Shown: positions 17,705 through 28,415 of the stretch, piece by piece
Layout: each line of letters starts with the position of its first letter
How positions within the stretch are numbered: position 1 is the first letter of the stretch
Source of the DNA: a virus
IMG/VR virus record: IMGVR_UViG_3300042298_003052
Coordinates: 1-64,000 of that record
Length of the DNA: 64,000 nt
Strand: one strand, 5' to 3'
Program-made: the position numbers and the translations under genes
The notes under the pieces: model-generated
Told to the model about the DNA's origin: nothing
The model's database searches: none
Seen by the model: only the letters and a program-made list of their open reading frames with translations

Positions 17705-19231
17705 ATGGACTTACGAGATTATCAAGCCAGAGTAATAAACGATCTCTATAACGCTTACGCCCAAGGTAATAAGCGAATGGCGTTGATCGCAGCTACAGCG
17801 GCAGGTAAGACCGTAATATCCACTAAATTATGCCTGGATGCTTCTACAGCAGGGAAGCGATCTTTATTTATTGTTCACTTAGATAAGTTAGTAGAACAAA
17901 CAGCAGAAAAGTTTACTCGATACGGACTCGAAGTAGGTTTTGTAAAAGCTGGATACGAAGAGAATCCTGATACGCTAGTGCAGATCGCTAGTATTCAGAC
18001 CTTAAATAATAGAGAAACCTGGAAGAACTATACAGTAGACTTTATTATATTTGACGAGGCTCATATAACATTAACATCTCAAGTTGGTAAGGATATTATC
18101 TACAATATCTATCCAGATGCCCGTGTAGTGGCTTTAACAGCTACTCCAAAACGTCTTGGTGTAGAACAGATAGGAGATCATTTAGAAGGCTTCGTAGCCA
18201 CTCCTACGCCTCTGGATTTACAAAGGATGGGTTTTTTATCGCAAATGCGATATTATGTTCCGTCTGCTTCTGTTAATGTGTCAGATCTTCAAGTTAAGGG
18301 TGACGACTACGAAGTATCTGAAATAAAGAACCGATGCTTTACGCCTGAACTAATCAGTGCGATCATAAAGGAATGGTTTCTACTAAAAGATACTGATGGA
18401 AGTTTTCTCTGTAGAGGAAAACGGACACTAGCATTCTGTGTGGATATAGAACACGCCGAATGTATTGCTTATCATTTCAATAGATTAGGAGTACCTTTCG
18501 CTTGTCTAACAAGTGAAACACCTTTGAAAGAGAGAGCTAAGATATATAACGATTTTAGAGAAGGAACCTTGATAGGTATATCTTCTGTAAACGTTATCAG
18601 CATCGGTTTTGACGAACCCATGGCTGAAGTAGGGTTACTTTTGAGACCTACAGCATCAGAAGCGTTACATCTCCAGCAAATAGGGAGATTGATGCGTATA
18701 GCTGAAGGTAAAAGATTTGGTGTGATACTAGATCAAGCTGGCAACACTACAAGACTAGGCATACCAGAGGATATTCAAAACTATACATTACCAACATCCA
18801 AAGAAAAAACCGTTGGTGTTATGCCCACTAAAGTGTGTCCTCAGTGCGATCGCATTGTGCCTAGATTCACTGTGGACTGTGCTTGTGGCCATCATTGGAT
18901 AACTAAATTCGATATAGATGATAGTGGTATGATTGAATTACCGATCAATAAAACTATTCATGTGGAAACCTTGAGGGATAGATTTAGAATTTATAGATTT
19001 GAAGGTTTTACCACTGGTGTTTCACCAGAGCACGTTGAAAAGAGATTTGCCAAGGAATATGGTATTTCTCCATTAGATGAATGGTTTCTTGGATCTACGG
19101 TTAATAGATCGGAGATGCTCAAAAAGGCTTATATACAATATTTATTAGATTGTGCTAACAAAGAAAACAAAAGTGAGGATTGGGCATTAAAACAATTAGA
19201 ATTAGAATTTGGTAGTCTTAATGCCGCTTGA
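17705..19231 (+). CDS. SF2 DExH helicase (RadD/YejH-like) with zinc ribbon
   Basis: LRDYQ, TAAGKT, DEAH, TATP, GFDEP, QQIGRLMR, CPQC..CACG. Confidence 0.9.
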   Translation: MDLRDYQARVINDLYNAYAQGNKRMALIAATAAGKTVISTKLCLDASTAGKRSLFIVHLDKLVEQTAEKFTRYGLEVGFVKAGYEENPDTLVQIASIQTLNNRETWKNYTVDFIIFDEAHITLTSQVGKDIIYNIYPDARVVALTATPKRLGVEQIGDHLEGFVATPTPLDLQRMGFLSQMRYYVPSASVNVSDLQVKGDDYEVSEIKNRCFTPELISAIIKEWFLLKDTDGSFLCRGKRTLAFCVDIEHAECIAYHFNRLGVPFACLTSETPLKERAKIYNDFREGTLIGISSVNVISIGFDEPMAEVGLLLRPTASEALHLQQIGRLMRIAEGKRFGVILDQAGNTTRLGIPEDIQNYTLPTSKEKTVGVMPTKVCPQCDRIVPRFTVDCACGHHWITKFDIDDSGMIELPINKTIHVETLRDRFRIYRFEGFTTGVSPEHVEKRFAKEYGISPLDEWFLGSTVNRSEMLKKAYIQYLLDCANKENKSEDWALKQLELEFGSLNAA

Positions 19232-19278
19232 TCGCTACCGAAAGTTTTATTTATGGTTCTAGTTAGGACAATCTTTTT

Positions 19279-21711
19279 ATGAATTATCTTACACTTACAT
19301 TACCGCCGTCTTGGGGCGCAGAAGAATCCTACGATGTAGGATCTAATTTTGAGTCGCAACTTGGCGATGGTTATATAAGCACGTCTTCTTCCGTAGAACC
19401 TAGAGTGACGTGGACTATTCAGGCGATCGACACTAAGGATAAGATAGAAAACATATCTGATTTTTTATCCAATAGGAGTGGCGTAGAATCGTTTTATTGG
19501 AGTCCTAATGTAGAAGTATTACCATTACAACTATACTTTTGTACAGAATGGTCTATAACACCAATAGGATTTGATACTTTTAGTTTCTCAGCCACGTTTA
19601 TAAAAGATATCGAATCACCTTGTAGCGATCTTTCTGATCTTATAGATATAACTAAAATAAAATCTGATATTACGGCATCGAAAGTATTTATAGATAATAT
19701 ATCGACTATAGATGTAAATAGTCTTATAACTAATAACGCTACACCAAAAGAAGGCAACACTTGGTTACATGTATTTTATACATTTGCTACAGAAGTGTAT
19801 TTTGATTTTTTTAAGATTGAAGTAACCAAGCCTGATGGCATCAAGGAAACTGTATTAACTCAAAGTGGTGGTGGTCAAAATATTGGTGGTTACTATGGAA
19901 CTGGATCTCCGAACTCATGGACTAATTTTTCCTATGCCTTTCAAAAAAAAGGTAAATACAAAATAAAGTTCATACACGAAAAAGATGGTAATTTCAGTGT
20001 AGATAACGAAGTAATTGCGATCGATAGTGTAGTTATTGGAAATGCCAGTACTAGAGCTGGTATAACAACCACGTATCTAAATCAAGGTTTTGAGAATGGT
20101 GTTATACCTTCAGGGTGGGTAAACAACTGGTGGCAGATTACACAAAATCCAGTTTATTCTGGCAGTAACGCTATTAAATCAGCATTAACAAGTAATGATA
20201 GAAACGCTACAGCTTCTTTAGAATTTGAATTTGAGGTGTTTCCAGAAATATCTCTCCAAGCTCCATTACTAATATCAAACAACAATTTGGTTACTAAACA
20301 ATGGCATCAGGAAGCTGGTATAGACATACCTTGGCAAGCTGGTACATTATATGATCAAATAAACATGTCGATGGCGTTTCTTAATGGATATAAGTTATTA
20401 AACAATCAGACTTGGTTAGACAGATCATTAACACTTGCAGAAGCTATAGAAACTTATTATTACAATGGTAATAGTACACTACCACATTGGTTAATAAATG
20501 TAAGATCTCCAATTGGGTCTATACAGACCAATCAACTGTTTGAAGTATACTCACCCAGTAACAACGGTTACACAGCATTTCCTGCTTCCGTAACGGCTTT
20601 ATCAACGAATCAAGTTAATATCAAAGCTTCTTGGTTGCCTATGTTGTGGGAGCTTTACGATGAATTGTATTTGATAACTCAAAACAGTATATGGCAAACA
20701 AGATCCAATAAAATAAAAACTGGTTTTCAATCTATTATAAATTACTCGCCTAATACCGTTAACAGTGAGTTATTTACATCCTCTATAGTACGACAAAATA
20801 ACGTTGTAACTAATCGTTACGGCGATCGCTATTTGATCTCTCAGAATTTATGGGGATTGGTTGGTACGAATACTAATCAACTTTTAGCAACGATCGACAA
20901 TTTAGCTAAAGCTCAAATAAAATATGCAGAGGTCAATGATGATTTTGGGCCTTTTGCTTTTAGAATATCGCCTATTAATTCCCTATGGCAGTTAAATACT
21001 GTTACAGGGAATCTTGCTACTCTTATCCTTTATAGAAATCAAGCCAACCCTATGGAACAAGGGTCAGATTCAGGTTTCTCACAGGCTCAATTTGGTCTAT
21101 GGTTGGCTAAAGCTCTTTATTATTCAAATACTAAATTCGATAGTTTACAGAAACTTTTGATGGATTGGCTAAATTGGGTAGATGGTAAATGGTGTTCTAT
21201 AGAACCGGATTTTCCTCCTACACGATTCTCAGAAAAGAACACACCTTATCCAGATAGTGATCCAGCTACACAAGCATTAATAGGAGAGTCGGCTTTGTGG
21301 GCTAACCTTAATGGAGAAGATGCTGGCACTACTTTTAGATTGATTCTGAGAAGTTATGAATATCTACAAAAACAATTTGAAGGCGATCTGACCCGTATTA
21401 TGTATGGAAGTTGGTCTAAAGACAAACAAATTTACATTGGAGAGATGTTAAAAAATTATGATTCTAGAACTCATAGTTGTGTAATCAACTTTTTGACATT
21501 ATTGGCAATATATAAAGATCAATTGGTATATCCTAGTTGCACCGAGTCAATAAGAACACCTTTGTTACAACAAACGATGGAATCTTGCTGTGGTAGTCCT
21601 ACTATACCTTGTGGTATATACACTCTAACTGGCGAAGTTAAACCAACTGGTGAAAGTGTATTCAACAATTGTGCTATGATGGTACGATTAACTGTATCTA
21701 GCTATTATTAG
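19279..21711 (+). CDS. distal tail protein (lambda gpM-like) fused to about 700 aa of extra domains
   Basis: N-terminal GDGY..WT..FL....G..SFYW.P...C..WS....SATF is the gpM signature. Confidence 0.7.
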   Translation: MNYLTLTLPPSWGAEESYDVGSNFESQLGDGYISTSSSVEPRVTWTIQAIDTKDKIENISDFLSNRSGVESFYWSPNVEVLPLQLYFCTEWSITPIGFDTFSFSATFIKDIESPCSDLSDLIDITKIKSDITASKVFIDNISTIDVNSLITNNATPKEGNTWLHVFYTFATEVYFDFFKIEVTKPDGIKETVLTQSGGGQNIGGYYGTGSPNSWTNFSYAFQKKGKYKIKFIHEKDGNFSVDNEVIAIDSVVIGNASTRAGITTTYLNQGFENGVIPSGWVNNWWQITQNPVYSGSNAIKSALTSNDRNATASLEFEFEVFPEISLQAPLLISNNNLVTKQWHQEAGIDIPWQAGTLYDQINMSMAFLNGYKLLNNQTWLDRSLTLAEAIETYYYNGNSTLPHWLINVRSPIGSIQTNQLFEVYSPSNNGYTAFPASVTALSTNQVNIKASWLPMLWELYDELYLITQNSIWQTRSNKIKTGFQSIINYSPNTVNSELFTSSIVRQNNVVTNRYGDRYLISQNLWGLVGTNTNQLLATIDNLAKAQIKYAEVNDDFGPFAFRISPINSLWQLNTVTGNLATLILYRNQANPMEQGSDSGFSQAQFGLWLAKALYYSNTKFDSLQKLLMDWLNWVDGKWCSIEPDFPPTRFSEKNTPYPDSDPATQALIGESALWANLNGEDAGTTFRLILRSYEYLQKQFEGDLTRIMYGSWSKDKQIYIGEMLKNYDSRTHSCVINFLTLLAIYKDQLVYPSCTESIRTPLLQQTMESCCGSPTIPCGIYTLTGEVKPTGESVFNNCAMMVRLTVSSYY

Positions 21712-21719
21712 GGTTTCTC

Positions 21720-22418
21720 ATGGGTCTTAGCACCAACTATTTTGACGTAGGTTTTCGTGTATATTATAGAGTGAAGAGTATGTTACATGAAGAAACATAC
21801 CTTGATGCTTATACTATTTACACAGCAGACGACCCAAAAAACAATGTTGACATTTATGAAGGAAATATACAGATAACGAGATCTTTTGATCCTCCGTCAC
21901 ATGTCCCTTTATTTGATCCTAGAGAAAAAAGAGGTATATCTATACATCATCAATTAGGATCTAGAGGTTTCCACACTGGAACAGGTCTTTTCAGTGGTAT
22001 ATTAGAACAACCTTTTCTGTATCATGGATACACTACCGCAAACGCGCCAAGACTGTATATAGGAGTAAGACGTACAGGATCTCCAAAATGGTTTTATAAA
22101 TTACCGGCTAATGTCAACATTTCCAGTTATAAAGGGGAGAACATATACGACAAAGATACAAGATCTAAAACTCCCGCAGTAAAAACATCTGTTTATGTAT
22201 CAGGGAGCGAAGGTTTTCCTGATTATGATCCAATGGATATACGTGGCCTTGATGATACGTCTACTGATACCGAATCAAGAGTATTACAGTTACATGTATC
22301 TTATATGCCTAACGGTGACTACTATCTATTAATGTCCGATCAACGAACAAAAGTATTGGGTGGCGGAAGCTTTTTCGGTAGAGTTTGGATACCTTTGAAA
22401 AATGACGGAACCTATTAG
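21720..22418 (+). CDS. hypothetical protein (tail module)
   Basis: 232-aa ORF in an operon. Confidence 0.6.
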   Translation: MGLSTNYFDVGFRVYYRVKSMLHEETYLDAYTIYTADDPKNNVDIYEGNIQITRSFDPPSHVPLFDPREKRGISIHHQLGSRGFHTGTGLFSGILEQPFLYHGYTTANAPRLYIGVRRTGSPKWFYKLPANVNISSYKGENIYDKDTRSKTPAVKTSVYVSGSEGFPDYDPMDIRGLDDTSTDTESRVLQLHVSYMPNGDYYLLMSDQRTKVLGGGSFFGRVWIPLKNDGTY

Positions 22419-23118
22419 TTTCTATTTTAATATATACAAAAACGAGATTTATGCCAGCAGACTAGTTTTTCAAATACGAAATTTTTATCCAACCTCAGAG
22501 ATTTTAATTATATCTGATGGTCAAGCTAATTTATTCTCTATGAATCAGATCCGTGATTATCACGATCGCATGTTCCCTGACTCTCCTCCATTTACATTGA
22601 TAAAAGGCGATCGCCTAAAGAATGTAGGACCAGAATTTACTCAACGCAATTTCAAGTGCGTACTTAATAATACAACTAGCGATCTTATTATCAAATTAGA
22701 TCCAGATTCTTATATATGGAGATCGTTTAATTATATTCCAGAGGGTGATTGGATAGGAGATGTGAGATTTCTGCCTGCACCTTACCTATCAAGACAATTT
22801 AATTTCATTTCTGGTGGTTGTTTTGGTATGCGTAGAAATGTTATAAAAGAAATATACAATAGCAACTTGTTATTAGGTGACGAATATCGTACAGAGGAAA
22901 GTTTCTACGACAGATATAGGATGAACAGAAAATACGGAGATCCTATCACTAATGAACTTATATACAGAGAAAATCTAGTATTAGATGATGTGGCTAATAG
23001 ACTAGGCGTAACACCTGTTCAATGGGATGAAGTATATTGTACACAACATGGAGAACAACTACAAAATCCCGATGATCTAAAGTATGCTGTAACACACCCT
23101 GTAAGGTACATATTTTGA
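22402..23118 (+). CDS. GT-A-fold glycosyltransferase-like protein
   Basis: ILIISDG, IIKLDPDS (DxD), SGGCF, terminal HP. Confidence 0.6.
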   Translation: MTEPISFYFNIYKNEIYASRLVFQIRNFYPTSEILIISDGQANLFSMNQIRDYHDRMFPDSPPFTLIKGDRLKNVGPEFTQRNFKCVLNNTTSDLIIKLDPDSYIWRSFNYIPEGDWIGDVRFLPAPYLSRQFNFISGGCFGMRRNVIKEIYNSNLLLGDEYRTEESFYDRYRMNRKYGDPITNELIYRENLVLDDVANRLGVTPVQWDEVYCTQHGEQLQNPDDLKYAVTHPVRYIF

Positions 23119-23180
23119 CTACCTTTCAGAAACAAAAACGTTGTTATGATATAGTTACCTTAGCTATATAAACTAAAAAA

Positions 23181-23654
23181 ATGCCTACCAGGAACATATC
23201 AGTTTTAGACGGTAATACCAATCCGGCTATACTCCTTTCAGAAGATAAAGGGTTATCTGGTTCGGTGCCTATATACACACCTCATTCTTATGATGAAGTT
23301 CTTGCAGACATGGGTAACCATGGTGTAACGAAACTCTACCTAACAGGCACTATATCTATCAGTGGTAATAATACGATAATAAACGCGCCTGGTAGTGGTA
23401 ACTATATAAAAGTATTAAACTTAGAACTCCAAAATGAAAGCGCTGTAGAAACATTAGCGATCGTCCGAAGTGGTACATCCACAAATGTTAGACGAGTATT
23501 ATTGTCAGCAAAAGGTACAGTTGGTTTTAGAGATCGCGTTGAGTATCATCCACATGCTTCTTTAGATCTTGCAGCGAATACAGCTCTTGTTATTAATCTC
23601 AATGGTGCAAATACAATTGGTTACAACATAACATATGTAACAAGGACGGTGTGA
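23181..23654 (+). CDS. beta-rich virion protein
   Basis: Coupled to gpI; jelly-roll-like composition. Confidence 0.55.
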   Translation: MPTRNISVLDGNTNPAILLSEDKGLSGSVPIYTPHSYDEVLADMGNHGVTKLYLTGTISISGNNTIINAPGSGNYIKVLNLELQNESAVETLAIVRSGTSTNVRRVLLSAKGTVGFRDRVEYHPHASLDLAANTALVINLNGANTIGYNITYVTRTV

Positions 23655-24232
23655 TGTACACTACTATTTATTTACATGGTTCTCTACGAAAGAAATATGG
23701 TAAAGAATTTAGATGTGTAGCGCATAGCACCAAAGATTGTGTTAGATTTCTAGAAGTTAATTTCAAAGATTTCAGACAATTTATCCTAGATGAAACAGGA
23801 AAAGGTACATTCTTCAAAGTCAGACACGGAAATTATGAAATAGGAGAAGATGAACTATCAGATCCTATAGTAAAAGATAAAAGTGTTCATATTACAGCTT
23901 TGCCTAGTGGTGCTGGTAAAGTAGGAAAAATAATTCTTGGTACAGCTCTTATTGCTGGAGGATTGATATTCTCTGGGGGTTTATTAGGTCTGAGCGCTGT
24001 TCAATTAATCGTTACAGGTTCTTTATTACTTGTATCCGGCTTAATGGGACAAAAACCAAAAAACGACGCAAGTGCCGAGAATCAAAAATCTTTTATATTT
24101 TCCGGTGTTTCTAATACAGCAGAAATAGGACAGCGTATATATGTAGTATATGGCGTTATGCTAGCACCATCTATGGTACTATCTGCCACAGTGCGATCGT
24201 ACATCACAGCTACCAATGTAGGCGGATCGTGA
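23651..24232 (+). CDS. tail assembly protein (lambda gpI-like)
   Basis: I.LHG.L.KKYG, P.GAG, hydrophobic segment, SF.FSG..NT...G....VYG. Confidence 0.85.
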   Translation: MMYTTIYLHGSLRKKYGKEFRCVAHSTKDCVRFLEVNFKDFRQFILDETGKGTFFKVRHGNYEIGEDELSDPIVKDKSVHITALPSGAGKVGKIILGTALIAGGLIFSGGLLGLSAVQLIVTGSLLLVSGLMGQKPKNDASAENQKSFIFSGVSNTAEIGQRIYVVYGVMLAPSMVLSATVRSYITATNVGGS

Positions 24233-26868
24233 TGAAATTTGATGAGTTCTGGGGTGAAGGAGGATGTCTTAGTGGTGATACTCTTATACAGACACCATTA
24301 GGATTAATACCCATACAAGATATAAAAACAGGTGATGAAGTATTTTGTTTCTCTCCAGAAAATAGAATCTCGATCAAAAAAGTATTATCCACAAGTGTTC
24401 ATAATAACCAACAAGTATTTAGATATACCTATTGGGGTGGTTATGTAATAGCAACTCCAAATCATGCGTTCTATACAGAACGTAATTCTTTCAAAGAAAT
24501 TGGTAGATGGAATATAGACGAATTTTTTATTGACAAATATTTAGAATACAGACCGTTATTAAAAATCGAAGAATTAGAAAATACTACTGTATACAATTTT
24601 GTTGTAGACGATTATCACACGTATCTTGTAGGTGAACATGGTATTTTTTCTAGTAACGGTGGCGGTGGTAAATCCAAAAATCGTACTATTGATCCTGACA
24701 CAGCGATCAGTTCTGCAAGAGCTGTAGTTGTAGAAGCCCTATCAGAAGGTCCAATAGAAGGACTATTAGAAGGCGATCGTTCCATCTACTTGGATAGAAC
24801 CCCTGTAGGTAATGCTGACGGTACTAAGAACGTTACAGGATTCAAATGGGATAGTAGAAACGGTACAGGTTCACAACGACTATTAGATGCTACGATCAAA
24901 GAGGGGCTTACATCTGAAACTGGTGTTAACACAGAAGTAAAATTTAACGTACCTGTTTCAAGAACTTTCACCGTTACTGATGTAAGTTTCGTAAGAGTTA
25001 GACTAGCATTTCAAGTACAACAATATGAAGAAGATGGAGATGTAGTTTCTAGCCGGATGGCCTTCAGAATACAATTAACCGATATTGGTGGTGTTGCAAC
25101 AGTTCATTCTGAAGATCGCTTAGTAAAATTCTCTAGTCCAACAGAATTTGAGTATAATATACCGATCGCTTATACCAATTCTGCCCGTCCTATCACTATA
25201 AGAGTTGAAAAGTTGGTAGAAGAACCAACACCTAATAGTAACTTACAGAATACTATTCAATTTGTAAGTTACACCACTGTCGTAAATGATACCAAGATAA
25301 ATTATGCTCATACGGCTGTAGTGAGTGCTGAATTTGACGCAGAGCAGTTCTCTAGTGAACCACAAAGAGGGTATAAGATTGGTGGTAGAACTGTAGCCAT
25401 TCCTAGTAATGCCGTAGTAAACGACACAGATCGCGGCTTGGACTTCAGTGGGATATGGGATGGTACTCTTTATGAACCGCCCATAGCAACATCTGATCCG
25501 GTGTGGCAGTTATATGACATTCTAACTAATAGTCGTTATGGTTTAGGTAAACAAATAGATTCTTGTCAAGTATCTTCGTATGATTTATATGACATATCTA
25601 GATATAATAATGAGTTTGTAACTAATGGTTTTGGTGGAACAGAACGTAGATTTAGATGTAATACAGTACTACAACAAGGGGAAGCTGCACATAAAGTATT
25701 AGAAGGATTTCTAAGTGCTTGTAATTCTCATTATTATTGGGATGGCACATGCTTAAAATTCTGGCAGGATAAACCTAGTGATGTTATTCAACAGTTTACT
25801 AATGCTGATGTAGAAAACGGTATGTTCAGTTACTCATCAACTGATATACAAACAAGATACTCTGTTGCTTATGTAACATGGAATGATCCAGATGATTACT
25901 ATAGACAAACAGTAGAATCAGTAGAAGTACAAGATGCACTTAAAAAATTTGGTTACAGAGAAACTGATTTTGCTGCTTATGGATGTACTTCTAGAGGTCA
26001 AGCTTATAGACAAGGACGTTATCAAGTTTATTCTAATTTTTTAGAAACAGAAACAGTGTCCTTTAAGTGTAGATTGATCGCGGTATTTATAAGACCTGGT
26101 GATATTATAAATATTGTAGATTGGAAGCGATCTAAAAAACGTCATGGTGGTCTAATAACATCAGCTACAACCACTACAGTAGAGTTAGATCAAGAAATAA
26201 TATTACCAAATGCATCAGGCTATTCTATAACCTGTACCATGCCTGACTTAACAATAGAAACTAGAACGATCAGTAACGGGGCAGGTTCTACAGATACAAT
26301 ACAAGTATCAACTCCTTTTACTACAGCTCCCCTACAAGAATCTAATTGGTTCGTAGACGTTATAACTACTAAAAAATATAGAGTACAAATAATAAAAGTC
26401 GATGTAGAAGATACTGGACTAATAGAGATCTTAGCCACTGAATATCGAGAAGACAAATTCAATATAATCGAAAATGGATGGGAATTAGAATCCACAGAAA
26501 AAGAAGAAGAAATCCCTGTCATACCCCCACCACCTGTTAATCTGGGTGTCGGTTTTGTAGAACAAAGCGCTAATGTATTCAAACTAATAGCACGATGGAG
26601 TAGACCTTCAACAGGCGGATCATTTATAAGTTCTTATCAAGTTCAATGGAAACGAGGTGCTACTGGTTCCTGGTCACCCATATTATCAGTATCCACTAAT
26701 GAACTAATAGTAGAAAATTTATCATCAGGTACATACTATATACGTGTAGCAAGTGTTCTACTGAATGGTGGTATAAGTCAATATGTCGAATCATCCCCCG
26801 CGATCGCAGGTGCTACACAAAATTTATATCTATCTTTTAACAGACGTTTAGGTATAATCGCAGCATGA
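24229..26868 (+). CDS. tail tip/host-specificity protein (lambda gpJ-like) with an N-terminal Hint domain
   Basis: LSEGPIEG, SIYLD.TP, W...G...Q, Y..TA, WDGT, DP.W..YD, RF.CN, GCTSRGQA.R; C-terminal FN3. Confidence 0.9.
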   Translation: MMKFDEFWGEGGCLSGDTLIQTPLGLIPIQDIKTGDEVFCFSPENRISIKKVLSTSVHNNQQVFRYTYWGGYVIATPNHAFYTERNSFKEIGRWNIDEFFIDKYLEYRPLLKIEELENTTVYNFVVDDYHTYLVGEHGIFSSNGGGGKSKNRTIDPDTAISSARAVVVEALSEGPIEGLLEGDRSIYLDRTPVGNADGTKNVTGFKWDSRNGTGSQRLLDATIKEGLTSETGVNTEVKFNVPVSRTFTVTDVSFVRVRLAFQVQQYEEDGDVVSSRMAFRIQLTDIGGVATVHSEDRLVKFSSPTEFEYNIPIAYTNSARPITIRVEKLVEEPTPNSNLQNTIQFVSYTTVVNDTKINYAHTAVVSAEFDAEQFSSEPQRGYKIGGRTVAIPSNAVVNDTDRGLDFSGIWDGTLYEPPIATSDPVWQLYDILTNSRYGLGKQIDSCQVSSYDLYDISRYNNEFVTNGFGGTERRFRCNTVLQQGEAAHKVLEGFLSACNSHYYWDGTCLKFWQDKPSDVIQQFTNADVENGMFSYSSTDIQTRYSVAYVTWNDPDDYYRQTVESVEVQDALKKFGYRETDFAAYGCTSRGQAYRQGRYQVYSNFLETETVSFKCRLIAVFIRPGDIINIVDWKRSKKRHGGLITSATTTTVELDQEIILPNASGYSITCTMPDLTIETRTISNGAGSTDTIQVSTPFTTAPLQESNWFVDVITTKKYRVQIIKVDVEDTGLIEILATEYREDKFNIIENGWELESTEKEEEIPVIPPPPVNLGVGFVEQSANVFKLIARWSRPSTGGSFISSYQVQWKRGATGSWSPILSVSTNELIVENLSSGTYYIRVASVLLNGGISQYVESSPAIAGATQNLYLSFNRRLGIIAA
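24265..24657 (+). other. Hint (intein/BIL-like) domain, 131 aa, no endonuclease
   Basis: CLSGDTLI (block A), TPNH.F (block B), VYNF.V..YHTY.V...I.SSN (blocks F/G); +1 residue is Gly. Confidence 0.85.
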
Positions 26869-27524
26869 CACAATTCAAACAGTCTTTAATAAGCTTAGAT
26901 CAATCTAGTGACGTTTATATATACATATTGAGGGATTTTAATCCTGATAATCCATTCGATGTATTTCGCTTCTCTAATCAACAAGTTTCTTGGGGTGGTA
27001 GCATAAGTCTAATCCCTGTTACACATAAAACAATAGAAATTACATCTACTGGCCCTGTACCAAGATTAGAAATCAATGTTGGCGATCCTAATGGTGTTAT
27101 ATCAAATTTAATTGACTCTGTAGATGGACTAGAAGGTTCTTCTCTAAAAATAATAAGAACAAAATTTAGATTCACAGATGGTGGATCTACACCAGATTCT
27201 ACTGCAAAGTTACAAGAAATAGATTACATAATAAGTAGAGTAATATCTTATGAACCTTGGATGCAAATAACATTTGAGGGCTCATCGCCATTAGAATTCG
27301 GTCAAGCTACTTTACCTAGTAGATATGCACTGCGATCTTGTGTGTGGGAATATAGAGGCCCTGAGTGTGGATATACAGGAACAAATATGTTCACGTTAGC
27401 GGATCAAACTACAACAGATCCCACAAAAGATGAATGTGGTAAATCAATAAGATCTTGTAAACTACGTTTTGGTAACAATCTTTTATTGCCAACAAGTGCC
27501 TTTCCTACACTATCTAGGAGATAA
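26865..27524 (+). CDS. minor tail protein (lambda gpL-like)
   Basis: C.W.YRG.ECGY.G...D.CGK...C..RFG four-Cys Fe-S motif. Confidence 0.9.
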   Translation: MTQFKQSLISLDQSSDVYIYILRDFNPDNPFDVFRFSNQQVSWGGSISLIPVTHKTIEITSTGPVPRLEINVGDPNGVISNLIDSVDGLEGSSLKIIRTKFRFTDGGSTPDSTAKLQEIDYIISRVISYEPWMQITFEGSSPLEFGQATLPSRYALRSCVWEYRGPECGYTGTNMFTLADQTTTDPTKDECGKSIRSCKLRFGNNLLLPTSAFPTLSRR

Positions 27525-28319
27525 TCTCCATACGGAATGTAAACGTCCTGTATGCCATCTAGGACCGCTCCATAGGTCAACACGACTAAAAGTACCCGAT
27601 TCTAACGTGTGTAATATAGTAGCATAACGATCGCTTGTAGCAGATTCTACAATTACACCACTATGATTGGCTACACGACTACCGAACGATCGCATTAGTA
27701 CGATATCCCCTTTTTTAGGGGTTTCAGTATTAACTTGTGTTATCCCTGGATGATTTAGTAATAGATTGTAATACATTCCATCCTTACTACTTTTACTAGC
27801 TTCTTTATACCAATCATCGCCCAACGGTCTTGGATAATCAGTTATATCAAAATTAAAAAACATTTTATAATACGCTCTTATGAGCCAAGCACAATCAGCT
27901 CTAGCCCAAGAAAATGGTACATTTAATAAGTAGTCTAAAGTGCCATAATTATCAGGTTCTCTTAGTGGATAAGGGTGAATATAGTCAGCATCAAACATAT
28001 CCCATACATCAAATGTAGTGTGATACATAATATAGGGTATCTGATGAGATCTAGATTGTTCGATGTCTCTTAATGACAAATACCCAGGTGTGTATTCTGT
28101 ATTGTGAGAGTGATAGATGGCTATAATATCGTCTTCATAGCTATCAAATGATTCTTGTTCTGGTATAAAAGAATCGTTTGGTTTTTCAGATATATTAGTA
28201 ACAGGAATAACTGATAGATCTTTCAATACGAAACCGCAACGTTCGTTATCAACGTCGATCATACAATCCCGAACGATCGCTTCTTTTACGCGATCATTCA
28301 ATATATCGCTAGGTTTCAT
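27510..28319 (-). CDS. tail assembly protein (lambda gpK-like): JAB/MPN plus NlpC/P60
   Basis: ERCG, YHSH...S..D (JAMM); ADC..L and NHSG (NlpC/P60). Confidence 0.9.
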   Translation of the reverse strand: MKPSDILNDRVKEAIVRDCMIDVDNERCGFVLKDLSVIPVTNISEKPNDSFIPEQESFDSYEDDIIAIYHSHNTEYTPGYLSLRDIEQSRSHQIPYIMYHTTFDVWDMFDADYIHPYPLREPDNYGTLDYLLNVPFSWARADCAWLIRAYYKMFFNFDITDYPRPLGDDWYKEASKSSKDGMYYNLLLNHPGITQVNTETPKKGDIVLMRSFGSRVANHSGVIVESATSDRYATILHTLESGTFSRVDLWSGPRWHTGRLHSVWRLSPR

Positions 28320-28415
28320 TAGTTTGTACGAGTATATAAACCCATCTAGAGGATCTCCTATTCCACGATTTTATTAGTTTTGTTTTGAATTGTGAGTTTC
28401 TAAATTTTCTAATTT

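Noticed and set aside
24265-24657. Canonical mobile intein
   Set aside because: No homing endonuclease and no +1 Cys/Ser/Thr; treated as a BIL-like Hint domain.
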